Origin: Micrococcales bacterium
GTDB lineage: Bacteria > Actinomycetota > Actinomycetes > Actinomycetales > Microbacteriaceae
Direction of reading: 5' to 3'
DNA length: 38,830 bases
Assembly: GCA_046074345.1 (NCBI GenBank)
Contig: JBJTNZ010000097.1
Span: forward strand, 1-38,830
The notes under the pieces were generated by a model, which saw nothing but the letters and a program-made list of their open reading frames with translations, ran no database searches and had not been told where the DNA came from. A program made the position numbers and the translations under genes. This document shows, piece after piece, positions 9,237 to 19,093 of the stretch (its first letter is position 1; each line of letters opens with the position of its first letter).

Positions 9237-10202
9237 TTGGTAAGCAGCAATCTCAGCAAGGATGAACTTGCGCTGATGACGAAAGTCGCGCGCCTGTATT
9301 ACGAACAGAAAGTTCGCCAACCTGAGATTGCTGCACGCCTGAGCATTTCGCAATCACGCGTTTCAAGACTGTTGACTCAGGCCCAAGAAATTGGTGTCGT
9401 ACGTATCACGGTGGTTTCTCCCGATTCGATGCACACTGATCTTGAGGAGCAACTTCGCGAGAAGCTTGGTCTTCGCGATGTGGTGATTGCACACGTAGAA
9501 GACGATGAAGAAGAAAGTGCGCTTAGGGCAATCGGTTCGGCCGGTGCGAACTATTTGGAAACCACACTAAGTGAATCCGATTGTGTCGGATTGTCGTCGT
9601 GGTCGTCGACGTTGCTTTCTGTAGTTGAGGCCATGGCTCCGGGCGCTTCCAAGGCAAAAGAGATTGTGCAGATTCAGGGTGGCGTTGGTAACCCAGCCGC
9701 TCAGGTGCAGGCAACCAGACTCACAGACCGCTTTGCCGCCGTGACTGGCGCTGAGGCTAAGTATCTTGCCGCCCCTGGCGTGGTTGCCAACAAGGCTGTG
9801 CGCGACGGCCTCTTCGAGGATCAGTACATCGGCCAGGTGGCCAAAGACTGGGAGAGTCTCAACGTGCTACTGCTCGGCATCGGAGCTCTCGAGCCATCGA
9901 AGCTACTCAAGGAGTCGGGCAATATCCTTAGTGCCGAGGATCTGCAGTCACTGCAGAACGCCAAGGCTGTGGGAGATGTTTGCCTGCACTACTTTGATGC
10001 ACAAGGCTCTGCCGTGGAGTCTGCCCTAGACGACCGCGTGATCGCAATTGCTGCGAAGAAACTGTTTGCTGTGCCACGACGAATCGGTATGGCTGGCGGA
10101 AAGCGCAAAGCAGAGGCAATCATTGCTGCAGCCAAGGGTAAGTGGATTGATGTGCTGATTACTGATTCAGCCACGGCAGCTGAATTACTTAAAGCGCTCT
10201 AA
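9237..10202 (+). CDS. SorC/DeoR (LsrR-like) sugar-binding transcriptional regulator
   Basis: N-terminal HTH KVARLYY...[19 protein letters not shown] and a C-terminal sugar-binding domain ending LITD. The TTG start is uncertain. Confidence 0.92.
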   Translation: MVSSNLSKDELALMTKVARLYYEQKVRQPEIAARLSISQSRVSRLLTQAQEIGVVRITVVSPDSMHTDLEEQLREKLGLRDVVIAHVEDDEEESALRAIGSAGANYLETTLSESDCVGLSSWSSTLLSVVEAMAPGASKAKEIVQIQGGVGNPAAQVQATRLTDRFAAVTGAEAKYLAAPGVVANKAVRDGLFEDQYIGQVAKDWESLNVLLLGIGALEPSKLLKESGNILSAEDLQSLQNAKAVGDVCLHYFDAQGSAVESALDDRVIAIAAKKLFAVPRRIGMAGGKRKAEAIIAAAKGKWIDVLITDSATAAELLKAL

Positions 10203-11190
10203 CGAAACCGATGCGGTCGTAAACCTTAGCCAGAGTTTCTTCTGCCTGAGCATTCGCGCGAGCTGCACCTTCGGCAAGCAAACGGTCTAGCTCGGCAGTA
10301 TCTGCCAACAGTTCTTCTGCGCGATTGCGAATCGGCTCGAGCTTTTCAATGACAGCCTCGGCGATTGTGGTTTTCAAAGTGCCGTAACCTTCGCCGGAAA
10401 ATTCAGCAACAGCCGAGTCAATCGACTTACCGCTAATCGCAGAGTAGATGCCGAGCAAGTTACTGACACCAGGCTTTGCTTCACGGTCGAAACGAATCTC
10501 GCCATCGGTGTCGGTGACAGCAGATTTGAATTTCTTCAAGATGGTCCCGCTGTCGTCCATGATATTTACGAGTCCCTTTGGGTCACCAGGCTTCGACATC
10601 TTGGCTTCGGGATTTTGCAGGTCATAAATCTTCGCAGTTTCTTTGAGGATGTGCGCCTCTGGGACGACGAACGTCTCGCCGAAGCGTGAGTTGAAGCGAT
10701 TCGCGAGATCACGGGTGAGCTCGATGTGCTGGCGCTGGTCTTCTCCTACTGGCACTGCCTTTGGCTGGTAAAGCAGAATGTCTGCCGCCTGCAGAATCGG
10801 GTAGGTGTAAAGGCCAACCGAAGCCGAATCGACACCGTTCTTCTGAGACTTGTCTTTGAACTGAGTCATACGCCCGGCTTCACCCATGCCGGTGATGCAC
10901 TGGAGCACCCAGGCTAGTTGCGCGTGTGCTGGCACGTGCGACTGCACAAACAAAGCTGACTTGGTGTGGTCGATGCCGGCTGCTAGGTACTGTGCAGCGG
11001 TGCGACGGGTGTTGGCGCGAAGCTCGGTCGGATCCTGTGGCACGGTAATCGCGTGTAAATCTACGATGCAGTAATAGGCGGTGTAGTCATCCTGCATTGC
11101 TGCCCAGTTAACCAGCGCACCCAGGTAGTTGCCGAGGTGCAGGGAACCAGCCGAAGGCTGCATTCCAGATAACAAGTTGGGCTTAGTCAT
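10189..11190 (-). CDS. trpS: Tryptophan--tRNA ligase
   Basis: Motifs [36 protein letters not shown] and KMSK. The start at 11190 is supported by TAGACT-N7-ATG. Confidence 0.97.
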   Translation of the reverse strand: MTKPNLLSGMQPSAGSLHLGNYLGALVNWAAMQDDYTAYYCIVDLHAITVPQDPTELRANTRRTAAQYLAAGIDHTKSALFVQSHVPAHAQLAWVLQCITGMGEAGRMTQFKDKSQKNGVDSASVGLYTYPILQAADILLYQPKAVPVGEDQRQHIELTRDLANRFNSRFGETFVVPEAHILKETAKIYDLQNPEAKMSKPGDPKGLVNIMDDSGTILKKFKSAVTDTDGEIRFDREAKPGVSNLLGIYSAISGKSIDSAVAEFSGEGYGTLKTTIAEAVIEKLEPIRNRAEELLADTAELDRLLAEGAARANAQAEETLAKVYDRIGFVRAL

Positions 11191-11200
11191 GCTGACCAGT

Positions 11201-12001
11201 CTAAATGTTGTAGTCAACAACTACTGGAGCATGGTCGCTCCAACGCTCTTCGTATGAATTCGCACGGTGCACCGAATAGGTCTCGGCTAGCTTTGCCAGT
11301 TTTGGCGTGGCTAGTTGATAGTCGATGCGCCAACCGGTGTCGGTCGTGAAGGCCTGTCCTCGATTTGACCACCAGGTGTAAGGGCCTGGCACATTCGGGT
11401 GGAACTGGCGCCCCAGGTCGATCCAACCCTGCACGTTCATGAACTCATCAAAGTAGGAGCGTTCCTCAGGGAGGAAACCGGCGTTCTTCAGGTTGCCCTT
11501 CCAATTCTTGATGTCGAGTTCGGTGTGACCTACGTTTAGATCACCCATGACCAAAACCATTGCGCCCGAGTCGTGCAATTCCTTCATACGTTTTTTCATG
11601 GCTTCGAGGAACTTGTACTTTTCTACTTGCTTTGGAGTATCAACTTCGCCCGAGTGCACGTAGACACTAATCACGGTTATTTTTTTGCCACCGATTTTGA
11701 AATCAGCTTCCAGCCAACGCCCAGCCGAGTCGAAACTCTTCGGACCAAATTCTTTTCGTGAATCGAGTGATTGAACTTTGCTCAGGATTGCCACACCGGC
11801 TCGACCCTTTGCCGTGGCCGCATCGTGCAGAATGTGCCATTCACCGGTTTCATTGAAAAGTCGCACTAGATCTTCGGTTTCTGCGCGCACTTCTTGCAGT
11901 GCCAGAATGTCAGGCTGTGTTTCGGCTAACCAATCCGCCATTCCATTGCGGAAGGCAGCGCGAACGCCGTTGACATTTACCGAAACGATTTTTGTGGGCA
12001 T
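11201..12001 (-). CDS. xth: Exodeoxyribonuclease III / AP endonuclease
   Basis: Motifs [30 protein letters not shown] and SDHAP. Confidence 0.95.
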   Translation of the reverse strand: MPTKIVSVNVNGVRAAFRNGMADWLAETQPDILALQEVRAETEDLVRLFNETGEWHILHDAATAKGRAGVAILSKVQSLDSRKEFGPKSFDSAGRWLEADFKIGGKKITVISVYVHSGEVDTPKQVEKYKFLEAMKKRMKELHDSGAMVLVMGDLNVGHTELDIKNWKGNLKNAGFLPEERSYFDEFMNVQGWIDLGRQFHPNVPGPYTWWSNRGQAFTTDTGWRIDYQLATPKLAKLAETYSVHRANSYEERWSDHAPVVVDYNI

Positions 12002-12010
12002 GCGCCCAGT

Positions 12011-12448
12011 TTAGATTGTGACCTTTAGGTTGTTTCCCGAAACGGTCAAGGTAATTTTCTTGAGAGCTTTCTTTGTTGGGCCGCCAGTAGCGGCACCAGT
12101 TGTTGGATCAAAGGTTGCCCCGTGCTGATAACAGGCGATGTTTTTACCGACCATGCCACCAAGTTCTTGACGCTCATGAGTACACAAACCACTGAAAGCT
12201 CTGAATACGCCAGCTTTTGGTTGGGTGATGAAAATGGGGGTGCCATTCACGCGAAAAAGCTCGCCACTCCTGAGCGGAATGTCGCTCTTCTTAGCTACGG
12301 TGTAAGTCTTCGCGGCGGCAAATGCGGCCTCGCCACTCAATCCGATACTGGCTAACACACCGGCGATACCCGCAAGCAGTGCCCGACGTTTGATTCCACC
12401 ATCAATCTTGGTGGCATTGTGGTCGCAGCTTCCGGAGCAGTTATCCAT
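12011..12448 (-). CDS. Tat-exported Rieske [2Fe-2S] protein
   Basis: Twin-arginine signal KRRALL, an h-region and an AFA cleavage site; cluster ligands CTH...CYQH; FD..TG...GP. Confidence 0.85.
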   Translation of the reverse strand: MDNCSGSCDHNATKIDGGIKRRALLAGIAGVLASIGLSGEAAFAAAKTYTVAKKSDIPLRSGELFRVNGTPIFITQPKAGVFRAFSGLCTHERQELGGMVGKNIACYQHGATFDPTTGAATGGPTKKALKKITLTVSGNNLKVTI

Positions 12449-12451
12449 TAT

Positions 12452-13198
12452 TTATGGACGACCGCGAAGAATCGCCTGCTTGACCTCGGCGATTGCCTTG
12501 GTTACCTGGATGCCACGTGGGCAAGCCTCGGTGCAGTTAAAGGTGGTGCGGCAACGCCACACACCTTCTTTATCGTTCAAGATGTCGATGCGAACTTCAG
12601 CTGCTTCGTCGCGTGAGTCGAAGATGAAGCGGTGTGCGTTCACGATCGCAGCTGGGCCGAAGTACTGGCCGTCGGTCCAGAACACTGGGCACGAGGTGGT
12701 GCAAGCTGCGCAGAGAATGCACTTGGTGGTGTCGTCAAACTTGGCGTGATCTTCGGCGCTCTGTAGTCGTTCCTTCTCCGGCTTGTCGCTCGCAATAAGG
12801 AATGGCTTGATATCGCGGTAAGCCTGGTAGAACGGGTTCATGTCGACCACTAGGTCCTTCTCTACCTCGAGGCCCTTGATTGGCTCCACGTAAATCGGCT
12901 CGTCGATGTTTAGATCCTTGATCAAGGTCTTACAAGCCAAGCGGTTACGTCCGTTGATACGCATCGCATCTGAACCACAAACACCGTGAGCACATGAGCG
13001 ACGGAAGGTTAGTGAACCATCCTGCTCCCACTTGATTTTGTGAAGTGCGTCAAGTACGCGGTCGGTGCCGTGCACCTCAACGTCGAAGTCTTCCCAACGC
13101 GCTTCGAGTCCGTCTTCCTGGTTGAAGCGACGAACAAATAGGGTGACCTTGAAACTCGGAACTGCGCCGATTTCTTGTTCTGCTACTGCGGTTGACAT
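12452..13198 (-). CDS. sdhB: Succinate dehydrogenase iron-sulfur subunit
   Basis: Motifs SCAHGVCGSD, CILCAACTTSCP and CRTTFNCTEACP. Confidence 0.97.
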   Translation of the reverse strand: MSTAVAEQEIGAVPSFKVTLFVRRFNQEDGLEARWEDFDVEVHGTDRVLDALHKIKWEQDGSLTFRRSCAHGVCGSDAMRINGRNRLACKTLIKDLNIDEPIYVEPIKGLEVEKDLVVDMNPFYQAYRDIKPFLIASDKPEKERLQSAEDHAKFDDTTKCILCAACTTSCPVFWTDGQYFGPAAIVNAHRFIFDSRDEAAEVRIDILNDKEGVWRCRTTFNCTEACPRGIQVTKAIAEVKQAILRGRP

Positions 13199-14976
13199 TA
13201 GTACTTACGCTCCATCGGCTTGTAGTTGGTGATGGTTACTGGCTTCCAGTCGAGTTCGATGTTGCCAGCAGGCTTCTTGGTCTTCTTGTTGGTGCGGTAA
13301 GCCATTGAGTGCACCATGAACTTCTTGTCGTCACGGGTCTCGTAGTCTTCGCGGAAGTGACCACCACGAGATTCGCGACGCTCACGAGCGGTGAATGCTA
13401 GAACCTCGGCTAGATCCAAAAGGAAGCCAAGTTCGATTGCCTCAAGTAGATCGGTGTTGAAACGCTGACCCTTGTCTTGCACCTGGATGTTTTCGTAGCG
13501 CTCACGCAATTCGGCAATCTTGTCGAGTGCTTCGTTTAGTGAATCTTCGGTGCGGTAAACCTGGGCGTTCTTGTCCATGGTGTCCTGCAGCTCCTTGCGA
13601 AGCACAGCAACCTTTTCGTTGCCCTTTGACTTGCGAACCTTCTCAATCATTTCGATTACCTCGCCGGCCGGGTTTGCCGGTAGCGGTACGAAGTCGGCGG
13701 TCTTGGCGTACTCGACAGCGTTGATACCTGCGCGCTTACCGAAGACGTTGATGTCTAGCAGCGAGTTGGTGCCGAGTCGGTTTGCGCCGTGCACAGAAAC
13801 ACAGGCACATTCGCCGGCTGCGTAGAGACCAGGAACAACGGTCTTGTTGTCGCTCAGTACCTCGGCCTTTACGTTGGTTGGAATTCCACCCATCGCGTAG
13901 TGTGCGGTTGGGAATACCGGAACCGGCTCTGTGTAAGGCTCGACACCGAGGTAGGTGCGCGCGAATTCGGTAATGTCCGGAAGCTTCGCGTCGATAACCT
14001 CTGGCGGTAGGTGAGTGAGGTCGAGAAGTACGTAGTCCTTGTGTGGGCCAGCACCGCGTCCTTCGCGCACTTCGTTTGCCATTGCACGAGCAACCATGTC
14101 ACGAGGAGCGAGGTCCTTGATGGTCGGTGCGTAGCGCTCCATGAAACGCTCACCGGTTGAGTTACGAAGAATTCCACCTTCACCACGAGCAGCTTCTGAA
14201 AGCAAGATTCCTAGTCCGGCAAGACCGGTCGGGTGGAACTGGTAGAACTCCATGTCTTCAAGCGGAAGACCCTTGCGCCAAATGATGCCAACACCGTCAC
14301 CGGTAAGAGTGTGTGCATTTGATGTGGTCTTGAAAATCTTTCCGAAACCACCGGTTGCAAAGACGATGCTCTTACCTTGGAAAACGTGAAGTTCGCCGGT
14401 GGCAAGTTCGTAAGCAACTACACCAGATGGACGTTCTTCTTTTCCAACCTTGGTCATTAGAAGATCGAGTACGTAGAACTCGTTGTAGAACTCAATGCCG
14501 AGCTTCACGCAGTTCTGGTACAAGGTCTGCAAAATCATGTGACCGGTGCGGTCGGCTGCGTAGCAACTGCGGCGAACCGGAGCCTTACCGTGATCGCGAG
14601 TGTGACCACCGAAACGACGCTGATCAATCTTGCCATCAGGTGTGCGGTTGAACGGAAGGCCCATGTTTTCAAGGTCGATAACGGCCTCGACTGATTCCTT
14701 CGCGAGGATCTCAGCGGCGTCCTGGTCGACCAGGTAGTCGCCACCCTTGACGGTGTCGAAGGTGTGCCACTCCCAGCTGTCTTCTTCAACGTTGGCAAGG
14801 GCTGCAGCCATTCCACCCTGCGCTGCACCGGTGTGCGAACGGGTAGGGAAGAGCTTGGAAATCACGGCAGTCTTGGCGTGCGGGCCGGCCTCAATAGCAG
14901 CGCGCATACCGGCACCACCGGCACCAACGATGACTACGTCGTACTCGTAGTAGTGAATCTTTGGAGAGTTGCTCAA
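13198..14976 (-). CDS. sdhA: Succinate dehydrogenase flavoprotein subunit
   Basis: Motifs [16 protein letters not shown] (FAD-linked His), HYAMGG, HGANRLG and ESRGGH. Confidence 0.97.
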   Translation of the reverse strand: MSNSPKIHYYEYDVVIVGAGGAGMRAAIEAGPHAKTAVISKLFPTRSHTGAAQGGMAAALANVEEDSWEWHTFDTVKGGDYLVDQDAAEILAKESVEAVIDLENMGLPFNRTPDGKIDQRRFGGHTRDHGKAPVRRSCYAADRTGHMILQTLYQNCVKLGIEFYNEFYVLDLLMTKVGKEERPSGVVAYELATGELHVFQGKSIVFATGGFGKIFKTTSNAHTLTGDGVGIIWRKGLPLEDMEFYQFHPTGLAGLGILLSEAARGEGGILRNSTGERFMERYAPTIKDLAPRDMVARAMANEVREGRGAGPHKDYVLLDLTHLPPEVIDAKLPDITEFARTYLGVEPYTEPVPVFPTAHYAMGGIPTNVKAEVLSDNKTVVPGLYAAGECACVSVHGANRLGTNSLLDINVFGKRAGINAVEYAKTADFVPLPANPAGEVIEMIEKVRKSKGNEKVAVLRKELQDTMDKNAQVYRTEDSLNEALDKIAELRERYENIQVQDKGQRFNTDLLEAIELGFLLDLAEVLAFTARERRESRGGHFREDYETRDDKKFMVHSMAYRTNKKTKKPAGNIELDWKPVTITNYKPMERKY

Positions 14977-14993
14977 TTTAATTCCGTTCCGAA

Positions 14994-15428
14994 TTACTTA
15001 CAGATTTGTGGCAGGTAGTTGACCGCATCTGGGTCGATGCATGGATCAAAAGTGGTGACTACCAAAGTGCCAAGGATGATTAGTGCGGCACATACAGCCC
15101 AGAGCGCAACGATGAGAGTCTTACGAATTCCTTCGCGCTCGGTGTAGTCGTTAACGATTGTGCGCATTCCGTTGGTGCCGTGAATTAGCGCGAGCCAAAG
15201 CATTACGCCATCGATAATTTTTGCCGAAGGGCTTGCCCACTTACCGGCAACAAATGCAAAGTCGATTCCGCTAATGCCATCGCCCATTACTAGGTTGCTG
15301 ATTAGGTGCCAGAAAATAAGTACTAGAAGTAGTGCGCCAGAAACGCGCATGTACATCCAGCCCCACTTTTCCCACTTGGCACTCTTGCGAGAACGAGGAC
15401 TCTTTGGCTGTTCGATTACAACTGACAT
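14994..15428 (-). CDS. sdhD: Succinate dehydrogenase membrane anchor subunit
   Basis: Motifs [18 protein letters not shown] and TFDPC. The ATG at 15428 follows an SD (AAAGGA). Confidence 0.92.
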   Translation of the reverse strand: MSVVIEQPKSPRSRKSAKWEKWGWMYMRVSGALLLVLIFWHLISNLVMGDGISGIDFAFVAGKWASPSAKIIDGVMLWLALIHGTNGMRTIVNDYTEREGIRKTLIVALWAVCAALIILGTLVVTTFDPCIDPDAVNYLPQICK

Positions 15429-15447
15429 CTTTATAAGTCCTTTCTGC

Positions 15448-15828
15448 TTAACCGAGGTGGAAGACGTGGATGAGGTGACGAGGTGCGAATGCGCCAACCA
15501 GTAGCACCGCGAGAACGATGACGATCCAGAACATCACGTTCTGGTACTTGGCGCCTTTACGCCAGAAATCGATGAGAATTACGCGCACGCCGTTGAGACC
15601 GTGGAACACGATTGCAGCAACGAGCCCGAGCTCTGCCAAACCAATGATTGGGGTCTTGTAGGTGCCGATGACTGCGTCATAGGCCGCTGCGTCGAATCGA
15701 ACCAATGCGGTGTCAAGCACGTGCACAAGTAAGAAGAAGAAAATGGCCAATCCGGTGATGCGGTGGAGTACCCACGACCACATTCCGACCTTGCCTCGAT
15801 ATAGGGTGCCTGCTGGCTTTGATGGCAC
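15448..15828 (-). CDS. sdhC: Succinate dehydrogenase cytochrome b556 subunit
   Basis: Motifs GMWSWVLHRITG and HGLNGVRVILIDFW; SD AGGAGG before the GTG. Confidence 0.94.
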   Translation of the reverse strand: MPSKPAGTLYRGKVGMWSWVLHRITGLAIFFFLLVHVLDTALVRFDAAAYDAVIGTYKTPIIGLAELGLVAAIVFHGLNGVRVILIDFWRKGAKYQNVMFWIVIVLAVLLVGAFAPRHLIHVFHLG

Positions 15829-15939
15829 TTAAGCCCTCCTGGAATCAGATATTTGCTGCGTCACAAATCTGAAACCAGTCTAAACGCCTAATTAGTCCCC
15901 CTGTTTGAATACCTCTTATTCGGCTAGGGTTTTTAGGTT

Positions 15940-17037
15940 ATGAGCAAGCCAATCGACCGCTTCTACAGCATCATTCCTGCCGGGGGTATTGGTAGTCGAC
16001 TCTGGCCGCTTTCGCGAGCTTCGGCCCCAAAATTCCTCCACGACCTCACCGGCTCAGGTCAGACTCTGCTGCAGGACACCTGGGATCGCCTTTTGCCTCT
16101 GACTCCCGCCGATCACATCGTGGTGGTCACCGGTCGAGTGCACGAAGAGGCCGTTAACGAACAGCTCGAAGACCTAGTTCACAGAAACCTAGTTTTGGAA
16201 AAGTCGCCTAAGGATTCAACCGCAGCCATCGCGCTTGCGGCAGCTATTCTGCACAAGCGTCAGGCGGATGTAATCGTCGGTTCATTCGCGGCTGACCACG
16301 TAATTGTCGAGTCAAAGCTGTTCGAAGCTACCGTGCGCGAAGCCGTGGAAGTGGCTGCCACCGGAAAGATCGTCACCATCGGAATCGAACCAACCGAGCC
16401 AGCCGTTGGTTTTGGTTACATCAAGACCGGCGAAGTAATTTCTGGCAACGCCAAGAATGTTCTAAAGTTCGTGGAGAAGCCAAACATCACCAAAGCTCGT
16501 CGTTATGTTGAGTCTGGCAACTACCTATGGAATGCCGGAATGTTTATTGCACCGGCGGCTTTGCTTTTGGAGCAGGTTGCCAAAACCGAACCTGCGCTTT
16601 ACCAATCGATTATGGAAATCGCAGACGCCTGGGATACTCCGCAGCGCGATGCCGTGCTTGATCGAATCTGGCCGACGTTGAAGAAAGTTGCAATCGATTA
16701 CACCGTGGCAGAACCTGCTGCACTTGCAGGTTTGGTAGCCGTGATTCCCGCAACATTCACCTGGCACGATGTCGGTGACTTTGCAGCAATTGCCGAATTG
16801 CAATCGCAGGGTCGCAAGGGCAATCTAGCTGTGCTCGGAAATGCAAAAGTTTTGGCAGACAGTTCTTCTGGAATCTTGGTTAGCGAAACTGATCGATTGG
16901 TTGCACTTATTGGTTTGGAAGATGTCATCGTGGTTGATACCCCAGACGCACTTTTGGTCACGACTAAGGAACACGCTCAGCGTGTGAAGTCACTCGTCGA
17001 TGCATTGAAAGCGACCGGTCACAGCGACCTCCTTTAG
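15940..17037 (+). CDS. manC: Mannose-1-phosphate guanylyltransferase
   Basis: Motifs AGGIGSRLWPLSR, ADH, FGYI, FVEKP, WNAGMF and WHDVG. Confidence 0.9.
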   Translation: MSKPIDRFYSIIPAGGIGSRLWPLSRASAPKFLHDLTGSGQTLLQDTWDRLLPLTPADHIVVVTGRVHEEAVNEQLEDLVHRNLVLEKSPKDSTAAIALAAAILHKRQADVIVGSFAADHVIVESKLFEATVREAVEVAATGKIVTIGIEPTEPAVGFGYIKTGEVISGNAKNVLKFVEKPNITKARRYVESGNYLWNAGMFIAPAALLLEQVAKTEPALYQSIMEIADAWDTPQRDAVLDRIWPTLKKVAIDYTVAEPAALAGLVAVIPATFTWHDVGDFAAIAELQSQGRKGNLAVLGNAKVLADSSSGILVSETDRLVALIGLEDVIVVDTPDALLVTTKEHAQRVKSLVDALKATGHSDLL

Positions 17038-17039
17038 AC

Positions 17040-17999
17040 ATGCGTAAATTTGCTGCTCTCGCTTTAGTACTTGCCCTCACCGGATGTTCGGCACAGGAAC
17101 CTGCGCCTACCATCACGCCAGTCAGCACCAAGTACTGCGCGTTGAGCGACTCTGCCGGATTTGATGATGATGGCCTGAATCGCAGTGTTTACACGGCACT
17201 GCAGCAGCTAAAGGTGCAAAAGGGAGCCCCCGTGGTGGCTCTCGAGGTAGGCGACAAACTTAGCGCCGATGCCGGGTTTGCCAAGCTGGTTGAAGACAAA
17301 TGCGAAGCAGTAATTTCAACCGGTGACTCACTGGCTAAGCCAACTCTTTCTGCGGCTAAAGCGAATCCAACTATCCGATTCGTTTCAGTGTCCAACAATT
17401 TCAAGAGCGAAGACTCCGCGCCAAACTTTGTGGCTCTGACTTTCAATATCTATCAAGCAGCATTCGCGGCGGGATACCTGGCTGCCTCGATGACACTTGA
17501 TGAAAACGAAACAGCAGTTTTGAATGTCAAAAAAAATCTCGAAGCTAAAAAATCTGCCAAAGCATTTGCCGCTGGTGTGGCTCGGTTTAACCAGTTGAAG
17601 AATGCCGATGTTCGGGTGACTTCACTCGACACTATCAACGACGCTTGGCAGGATGTGGTTTTTGTCATCGCCGGAAACTCAAGTCAAATGGGTGAGTGGA
17701 ATCGCTCCGACACCGGCGCACTCAAATTGATCAAACTAATTGGGTACGGACGTGATTGGTATGTAGATGTGCGCAACAAAGAATTCAAGCAATTCATTTT
17801 GACTTCGGTCGTCCGGAATGATGTTGTTGGAAAAGTTGTGGCCGCCGTTATCGATGGTGCCGCATCTGCTGACTTCAATCTCACCAACGAGGGTGTCGGG
17901 TTAACGCCGGCTCAGGATTTGGATTGGCCAACTGCATACGCAAGTGCCTTCGAACGTATTGTGAATGAATTAGCTGACGGCAAGTTGAAAGTGGAATAA
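17040..17999 (+). CDS. Divergent BMP (basic membrane protein)-family lipoprotein, nucleoside-binding-like
   Basis: Lipobox LTG-C; SDSAGFDD..LN, F...QAAFAAGYLAA and ILTSV motifs. Confidence 0.75.
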   Translation: MRKFAALALVLALTGCSAQEPAPTITPVSTKYCALSDSAGFDDDGLNRSVYTALQQLKVQKGAPVVALEVGDKLSADAGFAKLVEDKCEAVISTGDSLAKPTLSAAKANPTIRFVSVSNNFKSEDSAPNFVALTFNIYQAAFAAGYLAASMTLDENETAVLNVKKNLEAKKSAKAFAAGVARFNQLKNADVRVTSLDTINDAWQDVVFVIAGNSSQMGEWNRSDTGALKLIKLIGYGRDWYVDVRNKEFKQFILTSVVRNDVVGKVVAAVIDGAASADFNLTNEGVGLTPAQDLDWPTAYASAFERIVNELADGKLKVE

Positions 18000-18001
18000 A
18001 G

Positions 18002-19093
18002 ATGAACATCAAGAAGCTGCCAAAGATTTCGTTGCACGATCACCTTGACGGTGCACTACGCCCACAGACCATCATCGACTTGGCTGCAAAAATCGGTTAT
18101 CAACTACCGGCTGCCGATGCCGCCGGGCTTCGTCGTTGGTTCGAGGAATCAGCCAACAGTGGATCGCTCGTCGATTACCTAAAAACATTTGATGTCACCA
18201 CAGCAGTGATGCAAACCCGCGAGGCTCTGACTCGCGTGGCCCACGAATATGTGCTCGACCTGGCAGAAGACGGAGTTATTTACGCCGAGGTTCGTTGGGC
18301 TCCAGAGCAGCATCTCCACAACGGCCTCACCCTGGATGAAGTCGTCGATGCGGTTCAGGATGGCCTGGATTCAGGCATCGAAGAGGTGGAGAACCGCGGC
18401 GGCAGCATTCGCACCGGTCAGATCATCTGTGCCATGCGCCACAACGACCGCAGCCTAGAGATTGCCGAACTAGCAGTTCGTCACCGCTTGAATGGCGTAG
18501 TTGGCTTTGACATTGCCGGCGCCGAAAAAGGTTTCCCACCTAGCAAGCACAAGCTTGCCTTCGAGTATTTGGCGTCGGAAATGTTCCCGGTCACGGTGCA
18601 CGCTGGCGAGGCCGACGGCATTGAGAGCATCAAGGATGCAATTGTTTCTGGTCGAGCACTTCGCATCGGCCACGGCGCTCGTCTGATCGAAGACATTCTG
18701 TTCATCCGTGCCGACGGAGATACCGATGTAGTCACGCTTGGTCCGGTGGCCGAATGGATTCACGATCGCGGCATCGCTCTAGAGCTTTGCCCATCGTCAA
18801 ATTTGCAGACTGGCGTGGTTTACGAATTGTTCGAAACAAATGACCTTTCGGATCACCCGTTTGATGTGCTTTACAGTCTCGGTTTCCGAGTGACCGTGAA
18901 TGCCGACAACCGTTTGATGAGTGGCACCACGCTGACTCGCGAACTCAAGTTGCTGGTAGATGAATTCGATTACGAATTGGGTGACATCGAACAATTCCAA
19001 TACAACGCCGTGGATGCTTCGTTCCAGAGCTCTGATGCTCGCGATGAATTGCTAGAGCAAATCGCCGATGGCTTCGCAAAGTTTGGCAAGTAA
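18002..19093 (+). CDS. add: Adenosine deaminase
   Basis: Motifs HDHLDG, YAEVRWAP, GFDIAG, HAGE, RIGHG, ELCPSSN and DN. Confidence 0.93.
   Translation: MNIKKLPKISLHDHLDGALRPQTIIDLAAKIGYQLPAADAAGLRRWFEESANSGSLVDYLKTFDVTTAVMQTREALTRVAHEYVLDLAEDGVIYAEVRWAPEQHLHNGLTLDEVVDAVQDGLDSGIEEVENRGGSIRTGQIICAMRHNDRSLEIAELAVRHRLNGVVGFDIAGAEKGFPPSKHKLAFEYLASEMFPVTVHAGEADGIESIKDAIVSGRALRIGHGARLIEDILFIRADGDTDVVTLGPVAEWIHDRGIALELCPSSNLQTGVVYELFETNDLSDHPFDVLYSLGFRVTVNADNRLMSGTTLTRELKLLVDEFDYELGDIEQFQYNAVDASFQSSDARDELLEQIADGFAKFGK

Noticed and set aside
15845-15872. Bulged hairpin / CRP half-site (TGTGA) in the sdhC leader
   Set aside because: The second half-site is poor and the stem is short, so there is not enough support.
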